Source of the DNA: Patescibacteria group bacterium UBA6017
Lineage (GTDB): Bacteria; Patescibacteriota; Saccharimonadia; UBA4664
Length of the DNA: 64,000 bases
NCBI GenBank assembly: GCA_002429485.1
Contig: DIZX01000015.1
Location: forward strand, 187,073 to 251,072
Direction: 5' to 3'
This document shows, one piece after another, positions 29,797 through 39,895 of this stretch. A program made the position numbers and the translations under genes. The notes beneath the pieces are model-generated. The model did not search any database. It had not been told where the DNA came from and saw only the letters and a program-made list of their open reading frames with translations. The first letter of the stretch is position 1. Every line of letters starts with the position of its first letter.

Positions 29797-30825
29797 ATGT
29801 TAATCCTCGGACTCGAAACATCCTGCGATGAAACCGCCGCCGCCGTGGTCAAAGACGGCCGGCACGTATTGTCGAATATCGTCGCCTCCCAAATCGATAT
29901 CCATGCGCAGTACGGCGGCGTAGTGCCCGAAATTGCCGCCCGCAGCCATATCGAGGTCATCCTGCCCGTCATCAACGAGGCCCTCTCGACCGCCGGCGTC
30001 ACTTGGGATGATATCGACGGCATCGCCGTCACGGCCGGTCCGGGACTCTTCGGCAGCCTGCTCATCGGCACCCTCACCGCCCGCACCATTGCCCACATTC
30101 GCCACAAGCCCCTCTACGCCGTCAATCACGTGGTAGCGCACACTTTCGCCAACATGCTCATCGATCCCCAACCCGAATTTCCCCTCCTGGCCCTGTCAGT
30201 ATCCGGTGGCCACTCCCACCTGCTATTATTCGAATCCCCGCTCAAATACCGCCTCCTCGGCCGCACCCGCGACGACGCCGGCGGCGAAGCCTTCGACAAG
30301 GTCGCCAAAATGATGGGCCTACCCTACCCGGGCGGCGTCAGCATCGATAAGCTTGCCCCAGAAGGCGACGACCGCGCCTACAAACTCCCCATCTCCCGCC
30401 TCGACGGTACCCTAGATTTCAGCTTCTCCGGACTCAAAACCGCCGTATTGCGCACCCTCCAAACCGAAATCGGCGGCGATTTCCGCACCCACTCCAGTGA
30501 ACTCCCCGGGCGCCTCACCGACACCCAAATCAAAAACATGGCCGCCAGCTTCCAGCGCACCATCTATGAGACTCTCGTCGGTCAGCTGCTTCGCGCCTAC
30601 AACCAATATCATCCCAAATCCGTTGTGATTGCCGGCGGCGTATCTGCCAGTCGTCGTCTCCGCGCCGAGGTCTCGCGCCAAATCCCCCTTGAAATGAACT
30701 ACGCCCCCATGCAACTGTGCACCGACAACGGTGCCATGATTGCCGCTATGGGCTACGAATTGGCCAAAGCCAAACTGACCACCAACCCCCTCGAACTCAA
30801 AACCGACCCCAGCCTGGCGATTTAG
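29797..30825 (+). CDS. tsaD: tRNA N6-threonylcarbamoyladenosine transferase
   Basis: LGLETSCDET, GGVVPEIAARSH, VSGGHS, DDAGGEAFDK, FSFSGLKT, CTDNGAMI. Confidence 0.97.
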   Translation: MLILGLETSCDETAAAVVKDGRHVLSNIVASQIDIHAQYGGVVPEIAARSHIEVILPVINEALSTAGVTWDDIDGIAVTAGPGLFGSLLIGTLTARTIAHIRHKPLYAVNHVVAHTFANMLIDPQPEFPLLALSVSGGHSHLLLFESPLKYRLLGRTRDDAGGEAFDKVAKMMGLPYPGGVSIDKLAPEGDDRAYKLPISRLDGTLDFSFSGLKTAVLRTLQTEIGGDFRTHSSELPGRLTDTQIKNMAASFQRTIYETLVGQLLRAYNQYHPKSVVIAGGVSASRRLRAEVSRQIPLEMNYAPMQLCTDNGAMIAAMGYELAKAKLTTNPLELKTDPSLAI

Positions 30826-31392
30826 TTAGAGCTTCACCGCCCCTTGCCGATACACCGTAATCGCACCGTCATCCTCCACCCCGATGATCGTCGACGGCGC
30901 ACGTCCCGACAAATCACCTCCATCCACGTAGAAGTCCACCTTATTCTCGAAATAATCCTGGGCCTCACTCAGATTCACTGCCCCGGGCTCTCCCGGACGA
31001 TTTGCGCTCGTAGTCACCAATGGACCCGTTTGCTCCAATACCTTCCGTAATCCCTCATCCGCCACCACCCGAAAAGCCTGGCGGCCGGTATCCTGATGCA
31101 AATAACCCAGCTCATCCCCCAGCGGCATCTCCACGCTCAACGGACCCGGCCACCACTGCTCGACGCGACTCAAATACCGCTCCTGTAAGCCTAAATCTAA
31201 CAATTGCTGCACGCTGGCCGCAACCACCGTTCCCGGTTTGTGAGTACGCTGCTTTAAGCCGTAAAACCGCTCCACCGCCGCTTTATCCGCGGCGCGCGCC
31301 ACCAGCCCGTAGACCGTATCCGTCGGCATCACTCCCACCCCACCGTCTTGGAGGACAGTAATTACGTCATCGTAGCTATTCGAGGTCATCAT
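30826..31392 (-). CDS. tsaC: L-threonylcarbamoyladenylate synthase (TsaC/YrdC)
   Basis: PTDTVYGL, WPGPL, TTSANRPG, PSTII. Confidence 0.9.
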   Translation of the reverse strand: MMTSNSYDDVITVLQDGGVGVMPTDTVYGLVARAADKAAVERFYGLKQRTHKPGTVVAASVQQLLDLGLQERYLSRVEQWWPGPLSVEMPLGDELGYLHQDTGRQAFRVVADEGLRKVLEQTGPLVTTSANRPGEPGAVNLSEAQDYFENKVDFYVDGGDLSGRAPSTIIGVEDDGAITVYRQGAVKL

Positions 31393-31442
31393 CGGCTCAG
31401 TATACGCTTGACCTAGGCTGCCGAAAAGCGTATTTTCCTCAT

Positions 31443-31505
31443 ATGCAACTGCAAAAAGTAATGATTATTGAGCTGATTATCCCCTCGCACTCCGCGCGGC
31501 TCTAG
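31443..31505 (+). CDS. Ile-rich leader peptide MQLQKVMIIELIIPSHSARL (putative ilv attenuator)
   Basis: Two Ile-Ile pairs; TTGACC-N17-TATTTT promoter ends 6 nt before the ATG; followed by a terminator and ridA-ilvA. Confidence 0.75.
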   Translation: MQLQKVMIIELIIPSHSARL

Positions 31506-31529
31506 TTGTTGATCACAAAAACAAGCTCC

Positions 31530-31556
31530 AGCCCCGCGCCAATCGCGGGGCTTTCT
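31530..31556 (+). terminator. attenuator terminator hairpin
   Basis: AGCCCCGCG-CCAAT-CGCGGGGCT-TTCT; its 5' arm can alternatively pair with GCGCGGCT (31494-31501). Confidence 0.75.
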
Positions 31557-31579
31557 AGTTCATAACGAAAGGATCTGCC

Positions 31580-32014
31580 ATGTCTACACCACACCCTCAA
31601 TCGCCCGCTCCTGAGACCGCTTACGGCCCCTACTCCCCCATTACCCGGGCGGGTGAACTTTTCTTCGTTTCAGGACAAGTTGGCATCGACCCTGCTAATA
31701 AAACCGCTCCACTTACTATCGAACAGCAAACAGCGCAGGCCATGGCTAATCTGAGCCAAGTTCTCGAAACCGCAGGCCTAACCCTTGATAATGTCGTAAA
31801 AACCACCGTCTTTCTTACCGACATGTCAGACTTTTCAGCTATGAATACCGAATATCTACGCCATTTCGATGTCCCGCGCCCTGCCCGCAGCACCGTCGGT
31901 GTTGCCGAGCTGCCCCGCCTCGGCGGCGACGTACCGTTGTTTGTCGAAATCGAAGCCATAGCCAGCACCACGGCCGCACCAAACCTCAACAGTCAGGACC
32001 TCCCCAATGCCTAG
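31580..32014 (+). CDS. ridA: RidA-family enamine/imine deaminase
   Basis: GPYSP, FVSGQ, VVKTTVFLTDMSDF..MN, PARS, VEIEAIA. Confidence 0.9.
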   Translation: MSTPHPQSPAPETAYGPYSPITRAGELFFVSGQVGIDPANKTAPLTIEQQTAQAMANLSQVLETAGLTLDNVVKTTVFLTDMSDFSAMNTEYLRHFDVPRPARSTVGVAELPRLGGDVPLFVEIEAIASTTAAPNLNSQDLPNA

Positions 32015-33539
32015 CCATACCCACACCCTAGATCTGCAAAGCGCCGTCAGCGACACCCTTCTAGCCAACGTCTACGATGTCGCCATCAAAACCCCGCTCG
32101 AATCCGCCGGCAAACTCAGTGCGCGCCTAAATAGTCGGGTCTACCTCAAACGCGAAGATCTCCAACCGGTCCATTCCTTCAAGCTCCGCGGCGCCTACAA
32201 CAAAATAGTCCACCTATCAGACGAGGAGCGCGCCCGCGGCGTTATCACCGCCAGCGCCGGCAATCACGCCCAAGGAGTGGCTCTGGCAGGTCAGAAGCTC
32301 GGCCTCTCCGCCCTCATTGTCATGCCCCGCACCACCCCCGAAATCAAGATCGACGCCGTGCGCTCTTACGGTGCCGAAGTTGAGCTTGCCGGCGACAGCT
32401 ATTCCGACGCCGCCGCTCATAGCCACACCCGCGCCGTTCAAACTGGCCGCACCTACGTCCACCCCTTCGACGACCCGCTCGTCATCGCCGGCCAAGGCAC
32501 CATCGGGCGTGAGATTCTGGATCAACTGCCAAAAACTACCCACATCTTCGTCCCGGTTGGCGGCGGCGGCCTCATCTCCGGTATCGCCCAATACGTGAAG
32601 GCGCTGCGCCCAGACATCCAGATCATCGCCGTCGAACCCGAAGACAGTAACGTCCTCCAGGCCTCCCTCGATGCCGGCGAACGCGTCATCCTACCCCACG
32701 TCGGCATCTTTGCCGACGGCGTCGCCGTCAAGCAGCTCGGAACCACCACCTTCGACATCTGCCGCGAGCTGGTGGATGAGTGCCTCACCGTCTCCACCGA
32801 CGAACTCTGCGCCGCCATAAAGGCCGTCTACGAGGACACTCGCAGTATCGTGGAGCCCTCCGGCGCCCTGGCTGTCGCCGGTATCACCAAGTACGCCGCC
32901 GATCACGACCTGAAAGATGCGCGTCCTGTGGCCATCTGTTCCGGCGCCAATCTCACCTTCGAACGCCTGCAGTTCATCGCCGAACGCACCCTCCTAGGTA
33001 GTGGCAAAGAGGCCTTATTTACGGTCGAAATGCCAGAAAAACCCGGCGCCCTCCAGTATTTCTGCCAAGAAGTCGTCAACGGCCACAACATCACCCAGTT
33101 TGCCTACCGTCTCCACGACCGTGCCAAAGCTCACGTGTTCGTCGGCATCAATATCGCAGACGCCAAAGACAAAGCTGCCTTCATGGCCAAAATGACCAAA
33201 AACAGCTACAAATTCACTGACCTTTCCCTTGACGATGCCGCAAAAGAGCATCTACGCCACATGGTCGGCGGCCCAGCCCCAGAGGCCAAGTCTGAACTCC
33301 TTTACGAGATCAACTTCCCTGAAAGACCCGGCGCCCTCGGTGACTTCCTGGCCCACGTCAACAATGCCTACAACATCAGCCTCTTCCACTACCGTGGTAT
33401 GGGCGGCGACACCGGCCACGTACTCATCGGCTTCGAAACCGACGATGCCGCCATCCTCGAAGCCAAGCTCGCCCCATCCTACGACTTCACGCGCATCACG
33501 TCGCAAGCCGCCCAGGTGTTCCTGGGAATGCATAGCTAA
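32007..33539 (+). CDS. ilvA: biosynthetic threonine ammonia-lyase with C-terminal regulatory domains
   Basis: KREDLQPVHSFKLRGAYN, SAGNHAQG, VGGGGL, FADGVAV, PEKPGAL and FPERPGAL repeats. Confidence 0.96.
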   Translation: MPSHTHTLDLQSAVSDTLLANVYDVAIKTPLESAGKLSARLNSRVYLKREDLQPVHSFKLRGAYNKIVHLSDEERARGVITASAGNHAQGVALAGQKLGLSALIVMPRTTPEIKIDAVRSYGAEVELAGDSYSDAAAHSHTRAVQTGRTYVHPFDDPLVIAGQGTIGREILDQLPKTTHIFVPVGGGGLISGIAQYVKALRPDIQIIAVEPEDSNVLQASLDAGERVILPHVGIFADGVAVKQLGTTTFDICRELVDECLTVSTDELCAAIKAVYEDTRSIVEPSGALAVAGITKYAADHDLKDARPVAICSGANLTFERLQFIAERTLLGSGKEALFTVEMPEKPGALQYFCQEVVNGHNITQFAYRLHDRAKAHVFVGINIADAKDKAAFMAKMTKNSYKFTDLSLDDAAKEHLRHMVGGPAPEAKSELLYEINFPERPGALGDFLAHVNNAYNISLFHYRGMGGDTGHVLIGFETDDAAILEAKLAPSYDFTRITSQAAQVFLGMHS

Positions 33540-33710
33540 AGGCAATAGTTGACAAACACGACATTATAGCGTAGAGTATATAACCATGATTATCGATTTT
33601 TGATAATCTGAACACCCTTGAAATCTTGTGCTTCAAAAATCACCGGCTCAATGCTGGTGATTTCTCGCGAACACCCGTCCGCGAGCCACCACCACGCCCT
33701 GGAGGTCAGC

Positions 33711-34577
33711 ATGACGCTCTACGTAGCAGTCGATTGTGGCGGAACCAAGTTGGCCTTCGCGGCCTACCGCAGCCTCACCGACCAGATCCCCATCTGCCCC
33801 GGCTTTACTATCACGACCTCCGGCAACTACGCCGAAGACCTTGAGTCGCTCAAAACCGGCATCAAGCGTGCAGCGATCGAAGCCGGTTACTCACCCAAAG
33901 ACATCACCGCCATCGGCATCACCTTGCCGGGCCGCCTCAACGCAGCCCGGACGATGCTCGAAGCAGCTGGCAACGTCACGGAGTGGGTCGACAAGGAGAT
34001 CTTCCGCGATCTCCAGTCGGCCTTCGGGTGCCACATGATCCTCGGCAACGACGGCGAAGGCCAGGCCCTGGCCGAAGCCATCCTCAACCCCGAGCTCGCC
34101 GGTAAAGAGCTCCTGCTGGTTGCCCCCGGCACCGGCATTGCCATTGCTCGCATTCACGATGTGGACGGCAGAATGGTGTCCATGGCCACCGAAGGCGCCC
34201 ACCAGATCATCAACCCGCTTGGCTCCACGCCACGTATGTGCGGCTGCGGGCACAACAACTGCTGGGAAAGCTACGCGAGTGGCGACGGCATCGAGAAACG
34301 CTACGGCAAGCCCGCCTCCGAGCTCACGCTCGAAGAGTGGGACGAAGTCGCCTTCTGGATGGAAGTTGGCATCGCCAACTGCCTCAGTCTGCACATGGTT
34401 CCCATCGTGGTTCTGGGTGGCGGCGTCATCGCCGGCCAGACCCACCTAGTGGCCAATCTCGCCAAGCGTCTTGGCTCACGCCGCATGAACACACCCTCTC
34501 CAGACGTGATCCAGTCCGGATTCGGCGAACGAGCCGGCACCCTCGGTGCCCTCGCCATGTTGACGCTGGCGGCCTAG
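33711..34577 (+). CDS. ROK-family sugar kinase
   Basis: VDCGGTK, LGNDG, PGTGIA, EGAH, CGCG..CWESYASG; GGAGG SD at 33701. Confidence 0.85.
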   Translation: MTLYVAVDCGGTKLAFAAYRSLTDQIPICPGFTITTSGNYAEDLESLKTGIKRAAIEAGYSPKDITAIGITLPGRLNAARTMLEAAGNVTEWVDKEIFRDLQSAFGCHMILGNDGEGQALAEAILNPELAGKELLLVAPGTGIAIARIHDVDGRMVSMATEGAHQIINPLGSTPRMCGCGHNNCWESYASGDGIEKRYGKPASELTLEEWDEVAFWMEVGIANCLSLHMVPIVVLGGGVIAGQTHLVANLAKRLGSRRMNTPSPDVIQSGFGERAGTLGALAMLTLAA

Positions 34578-34819
34578 TCACCAGAAGCATCACAAGAAGC
34601 ACAGTTCAAGGGCAGCGCGCGGGCAACCCCCGCGCGCTCCACCCCCTAGTTAATTAGCAAGAAAGTTAATTACCTGAGGAGCGGAAAAGCCAATTATTGC
34701 GCTTAACCTACCCAAACCGAGCCCAAACCGCTACACTTGGCCACATGATGCGCTTGCGTTTACCAAAACGCCGGCAAAATCTCTCACCACATAACGACAA
34801 CGTTTGAGAGGACAACCCT

Positions 34820-37414
34820 ATGAGCCGCGAGCTCGACAAAGCCTACGATCCATCCAAATACGAATCCGCCATTTACGCCAAGTGGGAGTCTTCCGGCGCC
34901 TTCAAGCCTAATCCCAAGGCTACCAAAGCCCCCTTTACCATCATCATGCCGCCCCCCAACGCCAACGGCGACCTCCACCTCGGCCACGCCATGTTCGTCA
35001 TCGAAGACATCATGACCCGGTACCGCCGTATGCAGGGCCACCCCACCCTCTGGCTCCCCGGCACCGACCACGCCGGTATTGAGACTCAGGTAGTCTTCGA
35101 GCGCCAGCTCGCCAAAGAGGGCAAGTCACGCTTCGACTTCACCCCTTCCGAGTTCTACGACGCCGTCATGAAGTACACCCGCGCCAACCAGCACAACATC
35201 ATCAACCAACTCCGCTCCCTCGGCTTCTCCGCCGACTGGTCCCGCCTCAAATTTACCCTCGACGACGATATCACGTCGATCGTCTATGACACCTTCATCC
35301 AGATGCACGCCGACGGCCTAGTCTACCGCGCCAACCGCATTGTCAACTGGTGCCCACGCTGCAACGCCGCCTTCGCGGACATCGAAATCAGGCACCGCGA
35401 CCAGATCGACCCACTATACTACATCAAGTACGGCCCCTTCGTGCTCGCCACCGTCCGCCCCGAAACCAAGTTCGGCGACACCGCCATCGCCGTCAATCCC
35501 AAAGACGTGCGCTACACCCAGTACGTTGGCAAGGCGATCGAGGCCGAAAGCGTCCTCGGCCACAAATTCCAGATCCAGGTCATCGCCGACAATCACGTCG
35601 ACCCCGCATTCGGCACCGGCGCAGTTAAAGTCACCCCTGCCCACGACCCCAACGACTGGGAAATGGGCCTACGCCACCACCTTCCGGTCGTACCCGTCAT
35701 AGGCACCGACGGCCGCCTCCTCGAAATCGCCGGCAAATACGCCGGCATGCCCGCCGCCGAAGCCCGCGTCGCCGTCGCCGCCGACATGGAAACCAAAGGC
35801 CTCATGGATCACATCGACCTAAGCTACTCCCACTCCATTGCCTACCATGACCGCTGCGGCACCCCCATCGAACCCCTCGTCACCGAACAATGGTGGCTAA
35901 GTGTCGATAAACTCAAAACCGCCGCCATTACGGCCGTCAAATCCAGCGAAATCAAGATTATCCCTGCTCGCTTCGAGAAAGTCTACATCGAATGGCTCGA
36001 AAACTTGCGTGACTGGAATATCTCCCGCCAAATCTGGTGGGGCATCCGCATTCCCGTGTACTACCGCGTAGGCAACTCAGCCGCCGGCAACGCCGACACC
36101 ACCAAAACCCCCTACCTCATTGCCAAGACCGAAGCCGAAGCCCGCGAATACTACGGTGAAGGCAACTACGAAGCCGAGACCGACACCTTCGACACCTGGT
36201 TCAGTTCCAGCCAATGGCCCTTTGCCACCCTCGGCTACCCCGACGGCCCCGATTTCCAGCAGTTCTACCCCACCACCGTCATGGAAACCGGCCGCGACAT
36301 CCTCTTCCAGTGGGTCTCCCGCATGGTCATGCTCGGCCTCTACCGCACCGGCCAAGTCCCCTTCCGCACCGTCTACCTCCACGGCATGATCAACGACGAA
36401 CACGGCAAGAAAATGAGCAAATCCAAGGGCAATGTAATCAACCCGCTCAAAATGACCGAGAAGTACGGCACCGACGCCCTGCGCCTGGCGCTCACCATCG
36501 GCATCACCCCCGGCAACGACGGCGCTCTCTCCGAAGCCAAAATCGAAGGCTACCGCAACTTCAACAACAAACTCTGGAACGTCGCGCGCTTCATCCTCGG
36601 CCAGCTCCCCGACGACTACTCCCCCGCCATCCCTGAGCTCCGCTCCCCCGCCGACCACTGGCTCATGTCGAGGCTAAATACCGCCGTTACCGACGTCACT
36701 GGGGCCATCAAAGACTACCGCTTCTCCGATGCCGGCCAACAGATCTACAGCCTGCTCTGGGACGACTTCGCCGACTGGTACCTCGAAGCCTCCAAGTCCT
36801 CCCCCAACCACGACCTCCTCGTGCATGCCCTAGAAACTATTCTCACGCTCGTCCACCCCATCGCCCCCTTCGTTTCCGAAGCTATCTGGGGCGAGCTCCC
36901 CGGCAGGTCCAGCCAGCTCATCACTACAGCCTGGCCCGTAGTAGACACTACAAGAACAAAAACTGTACTATCTGTTGATCAGATACGGGAATTTGATGAA
37001 GTCGTCGCCATTGTCCGCGAAATTCGCACTACCCGCGCCGAGCTGGGTCTCGACAAAGTTACCGCGGTCTACGCATCCGGTGACATGTGGAGCCTCAACG
37101 GCGATCTCATCGCTCGCTTAGCCCGCAATCTGACCATCGAATCCAGGAATGAATCGAACGGATTACTTATCCATAGCTCGTCGACCAAAGCTTGGCTCGA
37201 AGCCGACCAGAAGGCCATTGCCCAAACCATCCATCGGCTCCATAAACAGCTCGACGAAAAACGCGCCCACCTGGCCAGCCTCGAGGCCAAGCTCAGCAAC
37301 GCCAAGTACGTGCAGTCCGCCCCGGCCAAGCTAGTGGGGGAGACCCGTACTCTTCACGCCGAAACCGTAGCATCTATCACCAAGCTCGATGATCAGCTCG
37401 CCAAGCTCGGCTAA
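34820..37414 (+). CDS. valS: valine--tRNA ligase
   Basis: PPPN..G.LHLGH, GTDHAGI, DWNISRQIWWG, DTWFSS, KMSKSKGN, C-terminal coiled coil. Confidence 0.98.
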   Translation: MSRELDKAYDPSKYESAIYAKWESSGAFKPNPKATKAPFTIIMPPPNANGDLHLGHAMFVIEDIMTRYRRMQGHPTLWLPGTDHAGIETQVVFERQLAKEGKSRFDFTPSEFYDAVMKYTRANQHNIINQLRSLGFSADWSRLKFTLDDDITSIVYDTFIQMHADGLVYRANRIVNWCPRCNAAFADIEIRHRDQIDPLYYIKYGPFVLATVRPETKFGDTAIAVNPKDVRYTQYVGKAIEAESVLGHKFQIQVIADNHVDPAFGTGAVKVTPAHDPNDWEMGLRHHLPVVPVIGTDGRLLEIAGKYAGMPAAEARVAVAADMETKGLMDHIDLSYSHSIAYHDRCGTPIEPLVTEQWWLSVDKLKTAAITAVKSSEIKIIPARFEKVYIEWLENLRDWNISRQIWWGIRIPVYYRVGNSAAGNADTTKTPYLIAKTEAEAREYYGEGNYEAETDTFDTWFSSSQWPFATLGYPDGPDFQQFYPTTVMETGRDILFQWVSRMVMLGLYRTGQVPFRTVYLHGMINDEHGKKMSKSKGNVINPLKMTEKYGTDALRLALTIGITPGNDGALSEAKIEGYRNFNNKLWNVARFILGQLPDDYSPAIPELRSPADHWLMSRLNTAVTDVTGAIKDYRFSDAGQQIYSLLWDDFADWYLEASKSSPNHDLLVHALETILTLVHPIAPFVSEAIWGELPGRSSQLITTAWPVVDTTRTKTVLSVDQIREFDEVVAIVREIRTTRAELGLDKVTAVYASGDMWSLNGDLIARLARNLTIESRNESNGLLIHSSSTKAWLEADQKAIAQTIHRLHKQLDEKRAHLASLEAKLSNAKYVQSAPAKLVGETRTLHAETVASITKLDDQLAKLG

Positions 37415-38739
37415 TTTGGTCGCCTGAGCAGGATCGCCTGAGCATCGGCCGAAGTCACCGTCCAGCCATCAGCCTTCAGATCGCGCACAATTTCAGCGTG
37501 CTTGGGCCGAATCAATACACAGCCGATGTTGTACTGAGCAAAATCGCTATTTCGAGCCCGCACGTCGGTCAGATCTCTCATCCAATTCGCCAGATAATTC
37601 TCGCCCGCGTACTTCCAGGACGGCATGCGGCCGTCGATATAGATTTTTGTCTGCGGCAACTGCCAAATGAGATAGCCGCCAAAATCATAATCATTAAACA
37701 AATTCCCGTGGCAGGGCTGCTCGCGCAGTTGAGCCACCTGGGCGACGGGGGACTGATTGTCGGGATGTGAAATTATCGCCAATACCGGCATCGCCACCAC
37801 TACAAGCGCCAGCGTCGGCACCGCCAATGTTTGCAACCGCGATTTCAAGCTCAAATGACCCCGCAGCCGATCGTATCGCTCGCTCAGCAAGCCCAGGGCC
37901 GCTACTACAAATAGGGGAAACTGGCGCATCGAAGCCAGTGCTGTTATCAGCATCAAGCTCGGAAGTATAAATTTGCGTTGACGCCAGCCGGAAACCGAAC
38001 CAATCCCCAGATACATCACGATAAATAATCCGCTCAGCAGCCCCACCGTCATCGGCCGCCATTCCACTACATTTGTACGTAGATTTGCATCAGACAGCGT
38101 CCGCCATATTTCGACGTACACTCTCGGACCGTACGGATTCACGAATGTCGCCAGTACGCACGCAGCGAATACCCATCGGTACTTCCGGTCACGCACGGCG
38201 GCCGCCAGCAGCACCAACAAACCAATCACAAAACCCCCGTGCAAGTTCGCCCACAAGAGAAACAACGGCACCAGGGGCCAATAAATCTTCTTACTGACCG
38301 CCAGCAGTACCAGAGCAAAAAACAGCGCCGTCCATGCATTCGGCCGGGCCGTAATCGTATCCAGCACCGCCGCCACTCCCACCGCCAATACCGGCCAGCG
38401 GGCAGATCTGGACGCTACCGCCAGCGCCGCCGTCCAGATAGCCGCAAACATTACCGCCACGCCCGCGAATCCACCTACGCCGTACGCCCCCACGATAATA
38501 ATGTCGCTCAGCCATTCGTGGTTAATCCAGGGGAAACCTGCTGCCGTATAAGTGAAAATATCGTGAGCAGGTATACCGTGAGCCAAGATATCTCGCCCCG
38601 ACTGCAAATGCCAGCCAAAGTCAGGATCAAGCCGCACCCAAAACACCGTGAATATTATGCTAAACAGCCCAACGCACGGCAGCACCCAATGCGGTACCCG
38701 TCGCACCCGCACCCTCAAGCCACCCAAGAGTTTCTTCAT
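37411..38739 (-). CDS. multi-TM protein, putative GT-C-type glycosyltransferase
   Basis: DPDFGWHL..G...DIFTYT...PWINHEWL, LWANLHGGF, NPYG, EWRP, FNDYDFGGYLIW, IDGR. Confidence 0.6.
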   Translation of the reverse strand: MKKLLGGLRVRVRRVPHWVLPCVGLFSIIFTVFWVRLDPDFGWHLQSGRDILAHGIPAHDIFTYTAAGFPWINHEWLSDIIIVGAYGVGGFAGVAVMFAAIWTAALAVASRSARWPVLAVGVAAVLDTITARPNAWTALFFALVLLAVSKKIYWPLVPLFLLWANLHGGFVIGLLVLLAAAVRDRKYRWVFAACVLATFVNPYGPRVYVEIWRTLSDANLRTNVVEWRPMTVGLLSGLFIVMYLGIGSVSGWRQRKFILPSLMLITALASMRQFPLFVVAALGLLSERYDRLRGHLSLKSRLQTLAVPTLALVVVAMPVLAIISHPDNQSPVAQVAQLREQPCHGNLFNDYDFGGYLIWQLPQTKIYIDGRMPSWKYAGENYLANWMRDLTDVRARNSDFAQYNIGCVLIRPKHAEIVRDLKADGWTVTSADAQAILLRRPN

Positions 38740-38766
38740 CCTCTTATGCTACTATCAAATCAAATT

Positions 38767-39591
38767 ATGCACAGCTCACCAACCTCAAATACCAAGATTC
38801 TCGTCCTCGCCACAGTGGTGATTATTGCCTCTGCTGCAGCCTTAGCGGCTAGCTGGCCGGTTGCCGTAGTAGCCGCGCGCGCGCAAGCCGCCAGCCTAAT
38901 AGGGGAGGCGGGGAGTGCAAACTCAGCCGAAGCTGCCACCGATTATCAGCTCGCCACTCGGCTCGATCCATCTAACCCCGCTGGTTTCGTAGGCCTCGCC
39001 CACACGCAAATCCTCGCCGGGCACGCCGATGCTGCGCTCGTTACGCTCGATCGGGCAGGGGAGGGGAGTGAGGCGGGCAGATTGCGCCTGCGCACCCTCA
39101 TTGAGCTTGGCCGCACCAACGAAGCAGCCGACCGCGCCGCCTCATTCGCAGTTCACGGCCGCAGCGACTCCGACATCCTGCTCGCCGGCTTGGCCTACGC
39201 ATTGGCCGGCCGCACCACAGACATACCCGCACTGATACCGCTTGTGGGCTCACCAGAGGCCGCGCAGCGCCTTTCTCGGGCGTCATCCGGCGATCTACCC
39301 TTGGCCGCCGAACTCTACGCTAGCGGGCTTCCAGAGAGCTCGAGAACTTTGCTGATGAAGCAACCTACCTCATTTGAGCGTAACTTGCTCCTCGCTAAGA
39401 TCCTCTACGCCCGCCACTCGCAACCGGACCTCGCCTCTGCCGCCAATTATCTCAAAATCGCCGTCGCCCTCGATCCCAGCGGCATTGCGGCACGCCAATT
39501 GCTGGCAAGCGTGTATTCCGACAGCAGTCTCCATGCCGAAAGCGCCGCTCAAACCGTTTTAATTACCAAACTTCAGTCCGGTCGACCATAA
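38767..39591 (+). CDS. membrane-anchored TPR-like helical protein
   Basis: N-terminal TM; YQLATRLDPSN and LKIAVALDPS TPR-like ends; start at MHSSPT. Confidence 0.65.
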   Translation: MHSSPTSNTKILVLATVVIIASAAALAASWPVAVVAARAQAASLIGEAGSANSAEAATDYQLATRLDPSNPAGFVGLAHTQILAGHADAALVTLDRAGEGSEAGRLRLRTLIELGRTNEAADRAASFAVHGRSDSDILLAGLAYALAGRTTDIPALIPLVGSPEAAQRLSRASSGDLPLAAELYASGLPESSRTLLMKQPTSFERNLLLAKILYARHSQPDLASAANYLKIAVALDPSGIAARQLLASVYSDSSLHAESAAQTVLITKLQSGRP

Positions 39592-39678
39592 GCGTTATCT
39601 GTTGAGCCGTACGGCCGCCGTACCTCAAAAATGAAAATAAGCGTTTTGAAGCAAGTTTTCATAATCGATTTAATGCGC

Positions 39679-39693
39679 TGGCGGAGAGGGAGA
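39679..39693 (-). repeat. 15-bp direct repeat of the tRNA-Ser(CGA) 3' end
   Basis: TGGCGGAGAGGGAGA identical to 39806-39820. Confidence 0.85.
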
Positions 39694-39763
39694 TATCGTC
39701 GCTGCGCGACCTCCGCTCACTGCGTTCTCTACGCCGAACTAGCCTGAGTCCGAATCAACCTAG

Positions 39764-39810
39764 CGCCAAAGAAAAACCCCCAGCGCGAGGTTGGGGGTTT
39801 TTCTTTGGCG
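39764..39810. terminator. 19-bp inverted repeat/terminator overlapping the tRNA 3' end
   Basis: CGCCAAAGAAAAACCCCCA...TGGGGGTTTTTCTTTGGCG. Confidence 0.75.
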
Positions 39811-39895
39811 GAGAGGGAGAGATTCGAACTCTCGGAAGCCTTGCGGCCTCACCGCATTTCGAGTGCGGCGCACTAGTCCACTATGCGACCTCTCC
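39806..39895 (-). tRNA. tRNA-Ser(CGA)
   Basis: anticodon loop CTCGAAA, long variable arm, CCA. Confidence 0.96.

Noticed and set aside
34680-34820. Possible T-box upstream of valS
   Set aside because: Leader too short and no GGTGG.ACC T-box or terminator; treated instead as a uORF/hairpin candidate.
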